64,000 nucleotides of DNA from Ministeria vibrans ATCC 50519 (taxonomy: Eukaryota > Protista > Filasterea). Numbering within the stretch: position 1 is the first letter of the stretch; the number at the start of each line of letters is the position of its first letter. The position numbers were made by a program, and so were the translations under genes. Below the pieces are notes generated by a model. That model was not told the DNA's origin. It did not search any database and was given only the letters and a program-made list of their open reading frames with translations. Shown piece by piece: positions 1 to 10,086 of this stretch. The stretch covers positions 1-64,000 of the forward strand of contig CALSCP010001725.1 in assembly GCA_943704425.1 (NCBI GenBank). Direction: 5' to 3'.

Positions 1-29
1 CTCTCTCTATCACTTTGTTTCTTTCTCCC

Positions 30-109
<80 letters not shown>
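1..109. repeat. (CT)n + TATCACTTTGTTTC compound repeat (TBC intron)
   Basis: Seen directly. Confidence 0.9.
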
Positions 110-111
<2 letters not shown>

Positions 112-689
112 CGTACAGCAGGAAGGAACTCGGCAAGGAGACGGTCGAGCTGGAAAAGAGCGCAGTCGAGTCCGCTCATCCCAGGTTTGTACAGCTCGCG
201 CATGTGCAGGTCGTACATGAGCGAAATTAAAACACAAAAGGCTTCTTCTTCCGGCATCTGCAGCACAAGTGCCCCCACAACAAACGGCAGTCCTGCGCAG
301 AAAAAGACGATGAAATCAAGATTCACAACAAAAACAAAGAATCACAACTATTATGAGGCGTTTTCTATCTAATATTACTACCTTGACAGTAGCTGACTTC
401 CGTGTCAAAGAGAGAGTACGCCTTGAGCACGTTGTACATTGACTCTTGGCCAACTCCTTCGCTGTCGGCGAAGTACTCGTGAAGCGGAAAGGTCCGTGTA
501 ATGTCGCGTCGAATAATCTTGTCTGAGGGCGCCTCTTGTTCCAGTAGCCCCACATACTGCGAGCGGTGCGGCGACGATATTGCCTTACTTGCATGTTGCC
601 ATACCAGTCCACGTAGCGGTGCGGGTACCCCTTGGCGAATGAGCGCCGCCAACTGCTTCCATTTCTTCTTCACCGCCGTCTACACACAC

Positions 690-741
<52 letters not shown>

Positions 742-1346
742 AAAGAGAAACACTGGTGGTGTTAGCAGTGTATCTTTTTCCGCAAAAAGAACTGGATAGC
801 GTCATAGACAAAGGGATGCAGTGGGCGTGTGCATGCGTGGGGGGGGCTGCTGCGCCGTGCCGTACCTCAATGTCGGCCATCATTTCGTTCCACTCGTCCC
901 ACTTTTGTGTGTCTGCCTCCGTCTGCGTCACAACCACAAGATCCTCGCCTGTGCCTTCGTCGACCACGCTCGTATTCATGTCATCTTGGACGCTCGCTGG
1001 CGTCGACAGAGGCGCTGCAAAAGGCACACAGTCAGCAGAAAGGACGACATTGGGTATTTTTAAACAGGAGAGAAAAAAAAAAAAAAAAGCACAACCAAAA
1101 AGCGCTCAATGAGCAACGTTGGACGATTCTATGACGATCTACAGGCAGCCAAGACGTCTACGCAGCGAGGCGGGCGCCACGCAGTGACGGCGTCTGCGTA
1201 CCTCGCATTGACTTTGCTGCTCGCATATCCCGCTCCAGTTCGCAATTCTTCTCTTCGAGTCTCGACAACAGCTCGACCGGCTCGTCTCTCTCCGAACCAC
1301 CCTCAACCGTTGCTTCAACAGCTGCCTTTCCCTGGTGCTCCGCCAT
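1..1346 (-). CDS. TBC-domain Rab GTPase-activating protein (EVI5/Gyp5-like), multi-exon, 3' end beyond window
   Basis: Spliced exons give IRQGVPAPLRGLVWQ, IRRDITRTFP (Arg finger), YCQG|LPF (Gln finger) and EEEAFCVL; GT-AG introns. Confidence 0.9.
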
Positions 1347-1638
1347 AAATATAAAAGAAAGTGGTCAAACTTGAAAGGAAAGGTGAAAGCGGTTTATTAT
1401 TGATACACACATCGCTTCACCATCGTTCCTCCATCGTTTTTCAGCTATCATCAGCGAAGTCACTGAAATAATCAATACTATCAAGTTGATCAACGATTCG
1501 ACCGATAGAGCACGTGTTAGTGTTTTTGTGGGGGGGTTTCACGCCCAATACATCACTTACGCAAAATCAATCAGAGTCAGATTATTTACTTTCTTCTTTC
1601 ACTTCACACAACTTTGAATCGACTGTACGTACGCGTGG

Positions 1639-2591
1639 ATGCTGAAAAGAAAACGACGAGAGAATTCAAAGAAGGAGAGGAGCGCCACGGGAAAGGACGA
1701 GGGGACAGTGAGCAGTCGAGGCTCATCGCGAGAGAAATCCGTTGCCGCGGACAACCCACATCACCAACAGAGTAAAAACGTCTCCATGGACGTCTCCGGC
1801 GATGCTTCCTTGGCCGAGGGCGATGCCATTGAGGTGTTCTTTCGTGGCATGTGGATGGACGGTTCGTACGTTGGCGTTTCCGAATGGTACGTCCGGTGCT
1901 TCGCGGAAGCAGAGAGAAGAGAAAAAAAAAGGAAAACGAAGAATTGAAATGTGCATGTAGGGGCGGCCTCAACGTTTACTACGCATACGGAGCACGTGAG
2001 ATGTGTCGGGTATCACCCAAGAGTGTCAGAAGACCCACGCGCGCGCGAGCCATCACGCCGCTCAGCTCGAGACGTCTGTCGGGCTCCTCGTCGTCTTCGG
2101 TGGGCTCTTCGTTTTACGACCGCGTCGCAGCAGTGGACGCGGACGACGTCGACGCCGAAGATCAGGCCTTGCAGGAAGACAGTACCAAAAACACATTGAC
2201 ACCATCAAGATCCAAGGGCGATAGTCGTCGAGCACTGGATGCCGAGGACATTGCCGAGCTGCTTCGCGACGACTCTACCGGCAGCAGACATAGTTCGGCG
2301 AGCGCTGCAGTCAATGCAGACGTCGTAGCAGCAACAGCTGTACATATACCATCCACCGGCCTACAGAACAGCAAAGCTGCAAGCTCAAGAGATCACCAAC
2401 AAGTGAAACGTGAGCATAAGCAGGTGTTGGCGACGTCGACGCGAAGTGCAGGGAGCAGCAGCAGTAGCAGTGACGGGGGCACAGTGATGGGCGATGGTAC
2501 AACAGGGAGTGACGAAGAGGCCGAAACGAAAAAGATCATTGATGAGACGGAAAAATGGGCCGTCGAGTCTCAGTTGTGCATAGTCATGTAG
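1639..2591 (+). CDS. Hypothetical protein with a Tudor/Agenet-like domain and Ser-rich tail (2 exons)
   Basis: One GT-AG intron joins LAEGDAIEVFFRGMWMDGSYVGVSEW to GGLNVYYAYGAREMCRVSPKSVRRP, a Tudor/SH3-barrel-like pattern; basic N-terminus. Confidence 0.5.
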
Positions 2592-2735
2592 AAGACTAGT
2601 AACACCACGAGTGTGAAATCAGACGTAACAAGTATTGCTATTATTGTACATTAAAAATAAGTATAATGCAAATTTTAATACAAACAACACAACAATGAAT
2701 TGAACAACAGTGACAGATGTTTGCTCTGTCGCCTC

Positions 2736-4049
2736 TCATTCGGGTTTTAAGACGGTAGGACGCCATATGTGGAGAGAGGTATCTGAGGCAGCGGAGACAA
2801 GAAGGGCGGAGTGGAGGGGGGGCAGCCAGGCGTGGGCGAGGAGGGCGAGGTGGGCGAGGGGTAGGCCCTTGGTGTCGGGAAAGTCATGGCCGCGGTGCGT
2901 GAAGAGCGACTGGAAGGGCTCGCTGGGCGTTGCCGTGGGGCTGGCTTGAAAGAGCTGAACGGCAGAGCCACGCGAGACGGAGATGAGCGATGGATTGGAG
3001 GGGGATAGGTGGACAAGTGAAGGACGGTCAAAGGCCCACTCGTCACCGTCGTTGTTGGGGTGGTCGTCGTCGCACGAAGACACGTCGTCGTCGTCGTCGC
3101 CGTTGTTGTTGTTGTTGTTGTTGTTGTCGTCGTTGCTGTCGTAGAAGCGGCTGGGATGGCAAGGGAATGCTTCGCGAGGGAGTACGCTCCATGATGAGTC
3201 ATTGTCGAGACGAGACCAGGCGAGCGCGCCGCTGTGTCGCAGTACAACAGCTGTGTGTTCAATGACATCGCATGCAATCACGGAAACCGATGACTTGCCA
3301 CCATCATGGTGTGGTACAGGATGTTTCAGCAAACACACGCTTGTGGTTCCGTCACGCCATTCGACCACTGTACCGTCCAGAAGTACAGCAACGACACGAG
3401 CGAGAGCGCTCTGGTGAAAGACGGCCACAGCGGGACAATGGAGCGACACACGCTCGCGCACACCCGACTGGAGATCGCATAGTGCAAGAGTAGCGTCGCT
3501 TTCGGCAACAATCACGCGCGAATCCATAGAGGCAACTGCACTGCGACAGCGCACGGCGACTCGGTCCAGCTGGATGGGGTCGCCCGCAATGTCAAGGCGG
3601 TGCAGACGACTGGGCGCTTCGGCGACGGGCGCAACACGCCAGAGCGAGAGGGCACCGGTCGAATCAACAACAACCAGTCGGGTGGGTTCTCCTTGCGCGT
3701 CCGAATCGAGACACACCAACTGGAGCACAAAGGCATTTGCCGAGCCGAGTGTGATCAGTCCCACCGGATCGACATCGAGATCGCCCGTCAGCGAGTCCAA
3801 GCGTCGAGTCTGCTCGCCAATAGTCTCGTCCACCGTGGCCAGACTGCTGCTACAGCCGTAGTCCCCCTCGATGATGTTGCGTGGCGCACACAGCTCGACA
3901 ATTTCGTCACGACACGCACACAAAAGTCGTGTTGGCGAGACGGGGCACAATGCCGAACAGGCCGTCGGTAACTCGTATACACCAAGCGTATCATAGTCCT
4001 TGACCGAAGCAAACAGCCAGGCGTCACCGCCACTACTCACAGTGCTCAT
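2736..4049 (-). CDS. WDR73: WD40 protein, WDR73-like (single exon)
   Basis: N-terminal GGDAWLFASVKDY and C-terminal LFTHRGH...HAW...LLVSAASDTSLHIW resemble both ends of animal WDR73. Confidence 0.75.
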   Translation of the reverse strand: MSTVSSGGDAWLFASVKDYDTLGVYELPTACSALCPVSPTRLLCACRDEIVELCAPRNIIEGDYGCSSSLATVDETIGEQTRRLDSLTGDLDVDPVGLITLGSANAFVLQLVCLDSDAQGEPTRLVVVDSTGALSLWRVAPVAEAPSRLHRLDIAGDPIQLDRVAVRCRSAVASMDSRVIVAESDATLALCDLQSGVRERVSLHCPAVAVFHQSALARVVAVLLDGTVVEWRDGTTSVCLLKHPVPHHDGGKSSVSVIACDVIEHTAVVLRHSGALAWSRLDNDSSWSVLPREAFPCHPSRFYDSNDDNNNNNNNNGDDDDDVSSCDDDHPNNDGDEWAFDRPSLVHLSPSNPSLISVSRGSAVQLFQASPTATPSEPFQSLFTHRGHDFPDTKGLPLAHLALLAHAWLPPLHSALLVSAASDTSLHIWRPTVLKPE

Positions 4050-4179
4050 CAAACAAAAATTGATTGATAATCGAATAAATCGCGATTGTCGCGACTGATT
4101 ATGAAATGATAACTCAAAGTTCAATCACTCAAACAGCCAAGCAAGTTTTTTTAAACGTGTTTGCTCACGCATCTATCAA

Positions 4180-5166
4180 ATGTCCATGGACTCCACGCCA
4201 ACATGCGAGCATTACAAACGCCATTGTGATCTACTGGTAGGGCACCAAAGTCGTCCTTAATGTTTCATGCAATCGCAGGTACTCACATTGATGGTTGCGT
4301 CCCCCCCGCCGCCCCTTGCAGGCTGTCTGCTGCAACGCCTACGTATCATGCCGGGTGTGTCACAACGACGAGAAAGACCACGAGATGGACCGGACGAAAG
4401 TGGTCGAAATTCGCTGTCGTTCTTGCTCGACCACTCAAACGGTACCTGGGAACACGCCAGCATGATGAATATCATTGGATGTTGCTCTGACAGCCTCAAT
4501 GCGTTGTTGTGTAAGGTTGCCGAGCGATGTGAAAGCTGCGACACACAGTTTGGAGTGTACTCTTGCTTGAAGTGTCGCTTGTTTGACGACGACACCACCA
4601 AGGGCCAGTTCCATTGCGACGGCTGCGGCGTCTGTCGCGTCGGCGGCAAAGACAACTTCTTCCACTGCGGCAAGTGCCGAGCGTGCATCGGTGTTGTCAC
4701 TCGAGATACGCACGTCTGCATTGAGGGGCTCCTGGAGCGCAACTGCCCGATTTGCCTCGAAAACATGGCCGACACCCGCCTTGATTTGCACCTGCTGCCG
4801 TGTGGACACGCACTGCATCGCAAGTGCTTTATTCAGTATTCGGAACACAGGTAACGACGCAAACCGAGTGACTGGTATCGATACCTACTAGTAGGCTGAC
4901 CGCCATCCATCTCTCTCAGTTTTGCGTGTCCCATGTGCAACAAAACAATGCACCACGACATGAAGGCAGTATGGGACAGAATAGATGACGAAGTAGCACA
5001 GACGCCCATGCCCTCCGACCTGCCCGACCGCACCGTCAGTATCCTGTGCAACGACTGTCAGCACAAGACAACGTTGCTCTACCACATCGTAGGTCACAAG
5101 TGCGCCGCGTGTGGCAGCTACAACACCGCTCAAATTGGCGAATCGAGCACGCTAGCCGATTCTTAA
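4180..5166 (+). CDS. RCHY1: CHY/CTCHY/RING-H2/zinc-ribbon E3 ligase Pirh2 (4 exons)
   Basis: CEHYKRHC, CRVCHND, QFHCDGCGVCRVGG, CPICLE..CGHALH..C, ILCNDC, HKCAACGSYNT. Confidence 0.95.
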
Positions 5167-5238
5167 TGTTATGATTGGTCACTTACACGTGAAACATATT
5201 ATTATAATTATTATATTAATTAGAAGAAGAAGAATACA

Positions 5239-5312
5239 ACCCATTTATTAATGATACAGTCACCACGCGAAGACACAGCCAGACCGCCTTGCAAACTCGA
5301 CCGAAACTCTAG
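5239..5312. repeat. 74-bp dispersed intergenic repeat, copy 1
   Basis: 71/74 identical to 34054-34127. Confidence 0.9.
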
Positions 5313-5439
5313 TAATTATATTATTATATTATATAAAATAAGAACAGGCGAGCGAACGGCAAGAACGTATGAATACGCTGTGTCTTTTAGTGCTTTAGAA
5401 GGATGTATCAAGAACAGAGGTTGTTAAGAGAATAGCAAG

Positions 5440-5443
<4 letters not shown>

Positions 5444-5529
<86 letters not shown>

Positions 5530-5592
5530 GGGAGAAAGAAACAAAGTGATCGCGAGAGAGAGACTATTAACAAAGTGATGGAGGGAGAGAAA
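5444..5592. repeat. (GA)n + GAAACAAAGTGAT compound repeat (intergenic)
   Basis: Seen directly. Confidence 0.9.
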
Positions 5593-5634
5593 GAGAGAGC
5601 ACGAGATTGTCACTGAAGATGAAAAATTTAAAAA

Positions 5635-5635
<1 letters not shown>

Positions 5636-5689
<54 letters not shown>

Positions 5690-5740
5690 TTATTATAATA
5701 ATAATAATAATAATTATTATTATTATTATTATTATTATTT
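5636..5740. repeat. (TAA)n/(TTA)n microsatellite, head-to-head
   Basis: Seen directly; similar tracts near 19900, 38370, 43400, 43630 and 44230. Confidence 0.9.
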
Positions 5741-5963
5741 ATACCTGTTATGACTGCCTTGTTTTGGCATTGAGTACAGCTCGCGATTATCATTTATCTC
5801 TTACTATTATTAATTTCCAATTTCCCTCTCCCACTCTCCCTCTCCCCTTTCTTCTCCGTAGCGACCGCACTTTCGATATTGTGTCCTCAAAGAACAATCA
5901 GACACATGGGCAAAAGACAAAAATAAAAAAGTGAAAATAAAAAGAACAGGAGTTGTATGGAAT

Positions 5964-8204
5964 TCAGATGGAAGTCTTGCGCGGAGTGGAATCGGCAGAA
6001 GGGCCGTCTGCCGAGGAGGCAGCGAGGCCAGAGACGGATTTAGCAGAAGCAGAGGCGCCGGGAGCAGACGACGACGACGACGACGCGGCAGCGGCGGCAG
6101 CAGCAGCAGTGGCAGCAGCAGAGGCAGAGGCGGCGGCAACGGCGGCGGGCGGAAGGGCGTACTGGCCCTCGCGAATGGGCGCAAAGTACGCATGTGCCAT
6201 AGCCTCCTGCGCCGTGAGTCGTTCCTGGTGATCGTATCGCAGCAGTTTGTCCAGAAAGTCAAGCGCCTCCACCGAGATGTACCGTTGGTTGTCGGCGTTT
6301 ACATAGCGGTTCCACGGTTTCTTAGTATGCCTAGAGACGCCAACGCAAAAAAAAAAAAAAAAAAAATAATAATAAAATAAGTGAGTGTGTGAGAGTGGCG
6401 GTGATAGGGCAAACAGACAAACACATTTGCATTATGTACCGTCCAAGGATTTCATCAAATGCGGGATCGAGGTCGATGCGATACTTGTCGATGTACTCGA
6501 AGAGCTTGTCGGTGCCGAGAACACGTGCAATCTTGACGAGCTGATCGTAGTTGTCGTGGCCATGGAAAAAGGGTTCCTTACGGTAGATCATGCTGGCAAA
6601 CATGCAGCCAAATGACCAAATGTCGAGCGAGTAATCGTACTGCTGAAAGTCGACGAGCAGCTCGGGTCCTTTGAAGTATCGCGACGCCACGCGCACATTG
6701 TACTCGTGACCCGGATGGTAGAACTCGGCCAGACCCCAGTCAATGAGGCGCAGCTGCCGCTTGGCATGGTCAATCATGACATTGTGTGGTTTAATGTCAC
6801 GGTGCATGATCCCATTGCTGTGGCAGAAGTCGAGTGCCTTGAGCAGCTCAAACATGTAGTACCGCACATCCATGTCTGTCAGTGTTGGGTACAGCGTCTG
6901 GAAAAGAAAAGGAGAAAGAGACAGACAGACACGGAGAAAAAATAAAACAAAGAGATAGATAGAGAGAGAGAGAAGTAAAGTGATAAAATGAGGTTTAAGC
7001 TGGTGGAAAAAGGTGCTTTGCTTTGCTTTATGCTTTTTACCTTGAAATCTAAAAATCGTGAACATCATCCAACAAAAAGGGTTTTCACAAAAATGTTAGT
7101 ATCAGAAATCATCGTACAGTCTCGTACCGGCGTTGTTTACAAACTCGAAAATGAGCGATGGAATGCGACTCTGAAGACGCGACACGAGTAGCAACAAAAA
7201 AACAGTAAGAACAAAAATCTAATACTAATTGGTGATAGGACGTACGTCGTTGTCGCGCACAATGTCAAGTAACTGGATGATGTTGGTGCCCCCATTGAGG
7301 TTCTGTAGAATCTACAAGTGAAAAAGCAATAGAGAGAGATATATTAGGAGAGAGAAACGGGTGACAGAGAGACGACAGAGAGAAAGAAAAGAGAGGGAGA
7401 GAGAGTAAAGAAACAAGCGACAGAGGGAGAGGGACAGAAGGAAAGTGGGGGAGAGGGAAAGAGAGAGAGAAGAAGAGTGAGAGAAAGGAAGAGAAACAAT
7501 GAAAGTGATGGCGGATGGTGAAGAGAGGCGCGTCACATGCACAGCTCTTGCAGGTACGCTTACTTTGATTTCACGCTTGATCTTCCTGTCAGAGAGGAAA
7601 GAAACGAGAGAAAGAGAAAGAGAAGAGTCAGGATAGAGTAACACCATGGGTGTGTGGGCGCGTGCGAGGGCGCAGTCGAAGGGGACAGCTGTCAACGGAC
7701 GTACTTTTTCTTCACAGGCTTGAGAATCTGCAATGTGGATTGTTTTGGACGTCAGTAGAGACAAACAGAGCACACGATGCGACAAACCTTGATGACTACT
7801 GGTGAACTGTTGGTTACATTGACGCCTTGGAAGACCTAGTGAGCGACAAGACAGCCGTGGCGGTGCGATGAGTGACGAAAAAGAACAGAGAAAAAAAAAA
7901 AAAAAAAAAAAAAGCGACTGCGCACGTTTCGCTACCCCAGGTAGACTCTAAAAAGAGAGAGAAAGACTCTGAAACGAAATACCTCTGAGTATTTGCCGCG
8001 GCCCAGTTTGCGTACGATTTCATAGTTGGACTGGTCACTGGAGGGGGAGGGAATGGGGTCAAGGGAGGGCTGCGCGAGAAAAGGATTCGTTTTGTACCCC
8101 CAATCGATGATCATGGACTCGTAATCCCAGTACTCACGCGCACGGTGCACATTCACGTCGGGGTACACGCGCGAGCGCGACACCACATTGGCAGCCGCTG
8201 TCAT
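5964..8204 (-). CDS. CSNK2A1: Casein kinase II catalytic alpha subunit (about 10 exons including microexons), Ala/Ser-rich tail
   Basis: [56 protein letters not shown]. Confidence 0.97.
7041..7048 (-). other. 8-nt microexon (ATTTCAAG) of CK2alpha
   Basis: ttttag|ATTTCAAG|gtaaaa supplies the conserved DFK between VNNA and TLYPTLTD and restores the frame. Confidence 0.85.
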
Positions 8205-8564
8205 GACGAGATTTAAAAGTGAAACTGTGACAGTGTAATAGTGAAGTAACTTAATCAGTTTCACACACACACAGTTTGATTTGGTATTGGCTTGATTCCC
8301 AGTTCCCTCGATAGTCGATGGAAGATTGTGAGAATACCAATCATTACTCAAATAACTCAATGCTCTCTTCATTTATTGATTATTGATTATTCCATCTCAA
8401 TAGGAACTCAATAGTAATAATAGAATAAGAAGAATACAACCCATATAAAGAATGATATCCCGATGGAGCACCCATAGACCCACAAACAAGCTCTCGTAGC
8501 AAAAATCTCAATAATAATAATTTAGTACGTCTTTCGTATCTTCTCGAATGATTACAGATTTTCT

Positions 8565-9872
8565 TTATTGTGTACGCTTCGGCGACTTCTGCAAGCCAAG
8601 AGCAGTCTCAAACGCATACCAGCCATTGACAAGGCTCATAATACCGGTAACGACAGGAGAGTCAATGTCATTTTGGGGCGCAGTCTCCGAGTCAATGGCG
8701 CCGCGAAGCTTGTCAAGGTTGCGCACGACAGTCGCCATGGTGGGTTCGGCCCGCACCATGGCGTCAAGCTCGGCGTGCCGCAGCGTCTGCAGCTCGATGG
8801 GCCCCTCTTCTTCCAGTGCCTTGGCCAGTTTAGCGGCATCATCAATGGCCAACTTGCCGGTCTCGAGCTGCACAAGGGGCATGGAGGTGTGGAGACTGTC
8901 GCCAATGCAAACAAGGGGCAGGTCGGAGGTGAGATCAAGGTCAGGTGTACACGTGTGCTGCAGGTAGGGGCGCACCGAAGCGGCGTCAAGCGCGTCAATG
9001 ACACGATGGTACTCGTCGCACCAACCGTCGCCCATGGCGTTACGCACGAACACACGGACCTTATTGAGGGCCTCGCTAGACGTCGCCATTGTCTTGGGCA
9101 AATCAAAGTCGTCGTGGAGAGCGTCAGACGAGTGCGCCGGAAAGGTGAAAAAGAAGGCAGCCTGGCCGTCGCGACCGTAGCGTTGGAGTGAAAACATTGT
9201 GGCGTGTGCGCCTGGCGCAATGAGCGAACCGGTGCCGAGCATGCGACTGAGCGAGGGCGGACAGGTCGTATCGACATTGTGGATGAGACCGTGTACATAC
9301 GAGAAGCCGGTGTACCACGTAGCGGGGTCCTCATATCTCACGCGCAGCTTGCGCAAGGGTGAGTGTGTCCCGCTTGTATCAACAACCACGTCGTACTCAC
9401 CGAGCACTTCGTCGCCTTGTTCAGCGATAACTTCCGCCACACCGTCTGCGCCCTTGCGAACTGTGCCGACAGGCGTCGAAAAGTGGACTGTGGTCGTCGG
9501 AGACTGTTTCAGGGCGTGCAAGAAGGCGTATTTCATCTCGTTGCGGTTGAGGTGGGCCGAGGGAGGGAAGAAGGGCCGAGCGAGGAAGGGGACGAAGAGA
9601 GCGACAAGCGCCGTCGGTTTGTGTGTGTGACATAGAAACTTCACGTCGGTCGAGTCGCTCAGGAACGCCTTGTAGTCGACGCCAGCTTGTGTGAGAGTCT
9701 GTAGAGCCTCAGGTGAGGCAGAGAGCGGTGTGTGATCGACGTGTTCGCGCGGATGTTTGTCAAAGATATCCACTTGAAAGAGACGTCGAGTGCTGCGGGC
9801 CAGGAGACCCGCCAGGGTCAACCCGCTGACTCCAGCGCCCACGATGCCTACTCTCAAGATGTCCTTTGACAT
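8565..9872 (-). CDS. Class A FAD-dependent monooxygenase (UbiH/TetX-like fold), single exon
   Basis: GIVGAGVSGL Rossmann motif, DVVVDTSGTHS (DG-type motif), VCIGDSLH (GD motif). Confidence 0.85.
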   Translation of the reverse strand: MSKDILRVGIVGAGVSGLTLAGLLARSTRRLFQVDIFDKHPREHVDHTPLSASPEALQTLTQAGVDYKAFLSDSTDVKFLCHTHKPTALVALFVPFLARPFFPPSAHLNRNEMKYAFLHALKQSPTTTVHFSTPVGTVRKGADGVAEVIAEQGDEVLGEYDVVVDTSGTHSPLRKLRVRYEDPATWYTGFSYVHGLIHNVDTTCPPSLSRMLGTGSLIAPGAHATMFSLQRYGRDGQAAFFFTFPAHSSDALHDDFDLPKTMATSSEALNKVRVFVRNAMGDGWCDEYHRVIDALDAASVRPYLQHTCTPDLDLTSDLPLVCIGDSLHTSMPLVQLETGKLAIDDAAKLAKALEEEGPIELQTLRHAELDAMVRAEPTMATVVRNLDKLRGAIDSETAPQNDIDSPVVTGIMSLVNGWYAFETALGLQKSPKRTQ

Positions 9873-10086
9873 ATCCAGCAAAGAGAGAGCGGGTGATAAA
9901 AAGAGAGACAACAAAAAAAAAAGTGTGTGTGTGTGAAAGTAAATTCACTGTTCTCATTGATCGAAATTCGAAAAAAATCATTTTTTTGGCATTGGTCGAC
10001 TGAATATTCGGCTTGTGAGTGTGACACAGTTTGTCTCTGTACCCCTCTTGCTGTGTATAATCAAAGAATATTTGAATCAGGAGAAA

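Noticed and set aside
8565-9872. Bona fide tetX resistance gene or bacterial contamination
   Set aside because: Similarity is only at fold and subfamily level, and the gene is embedded among intron-containing host genes.
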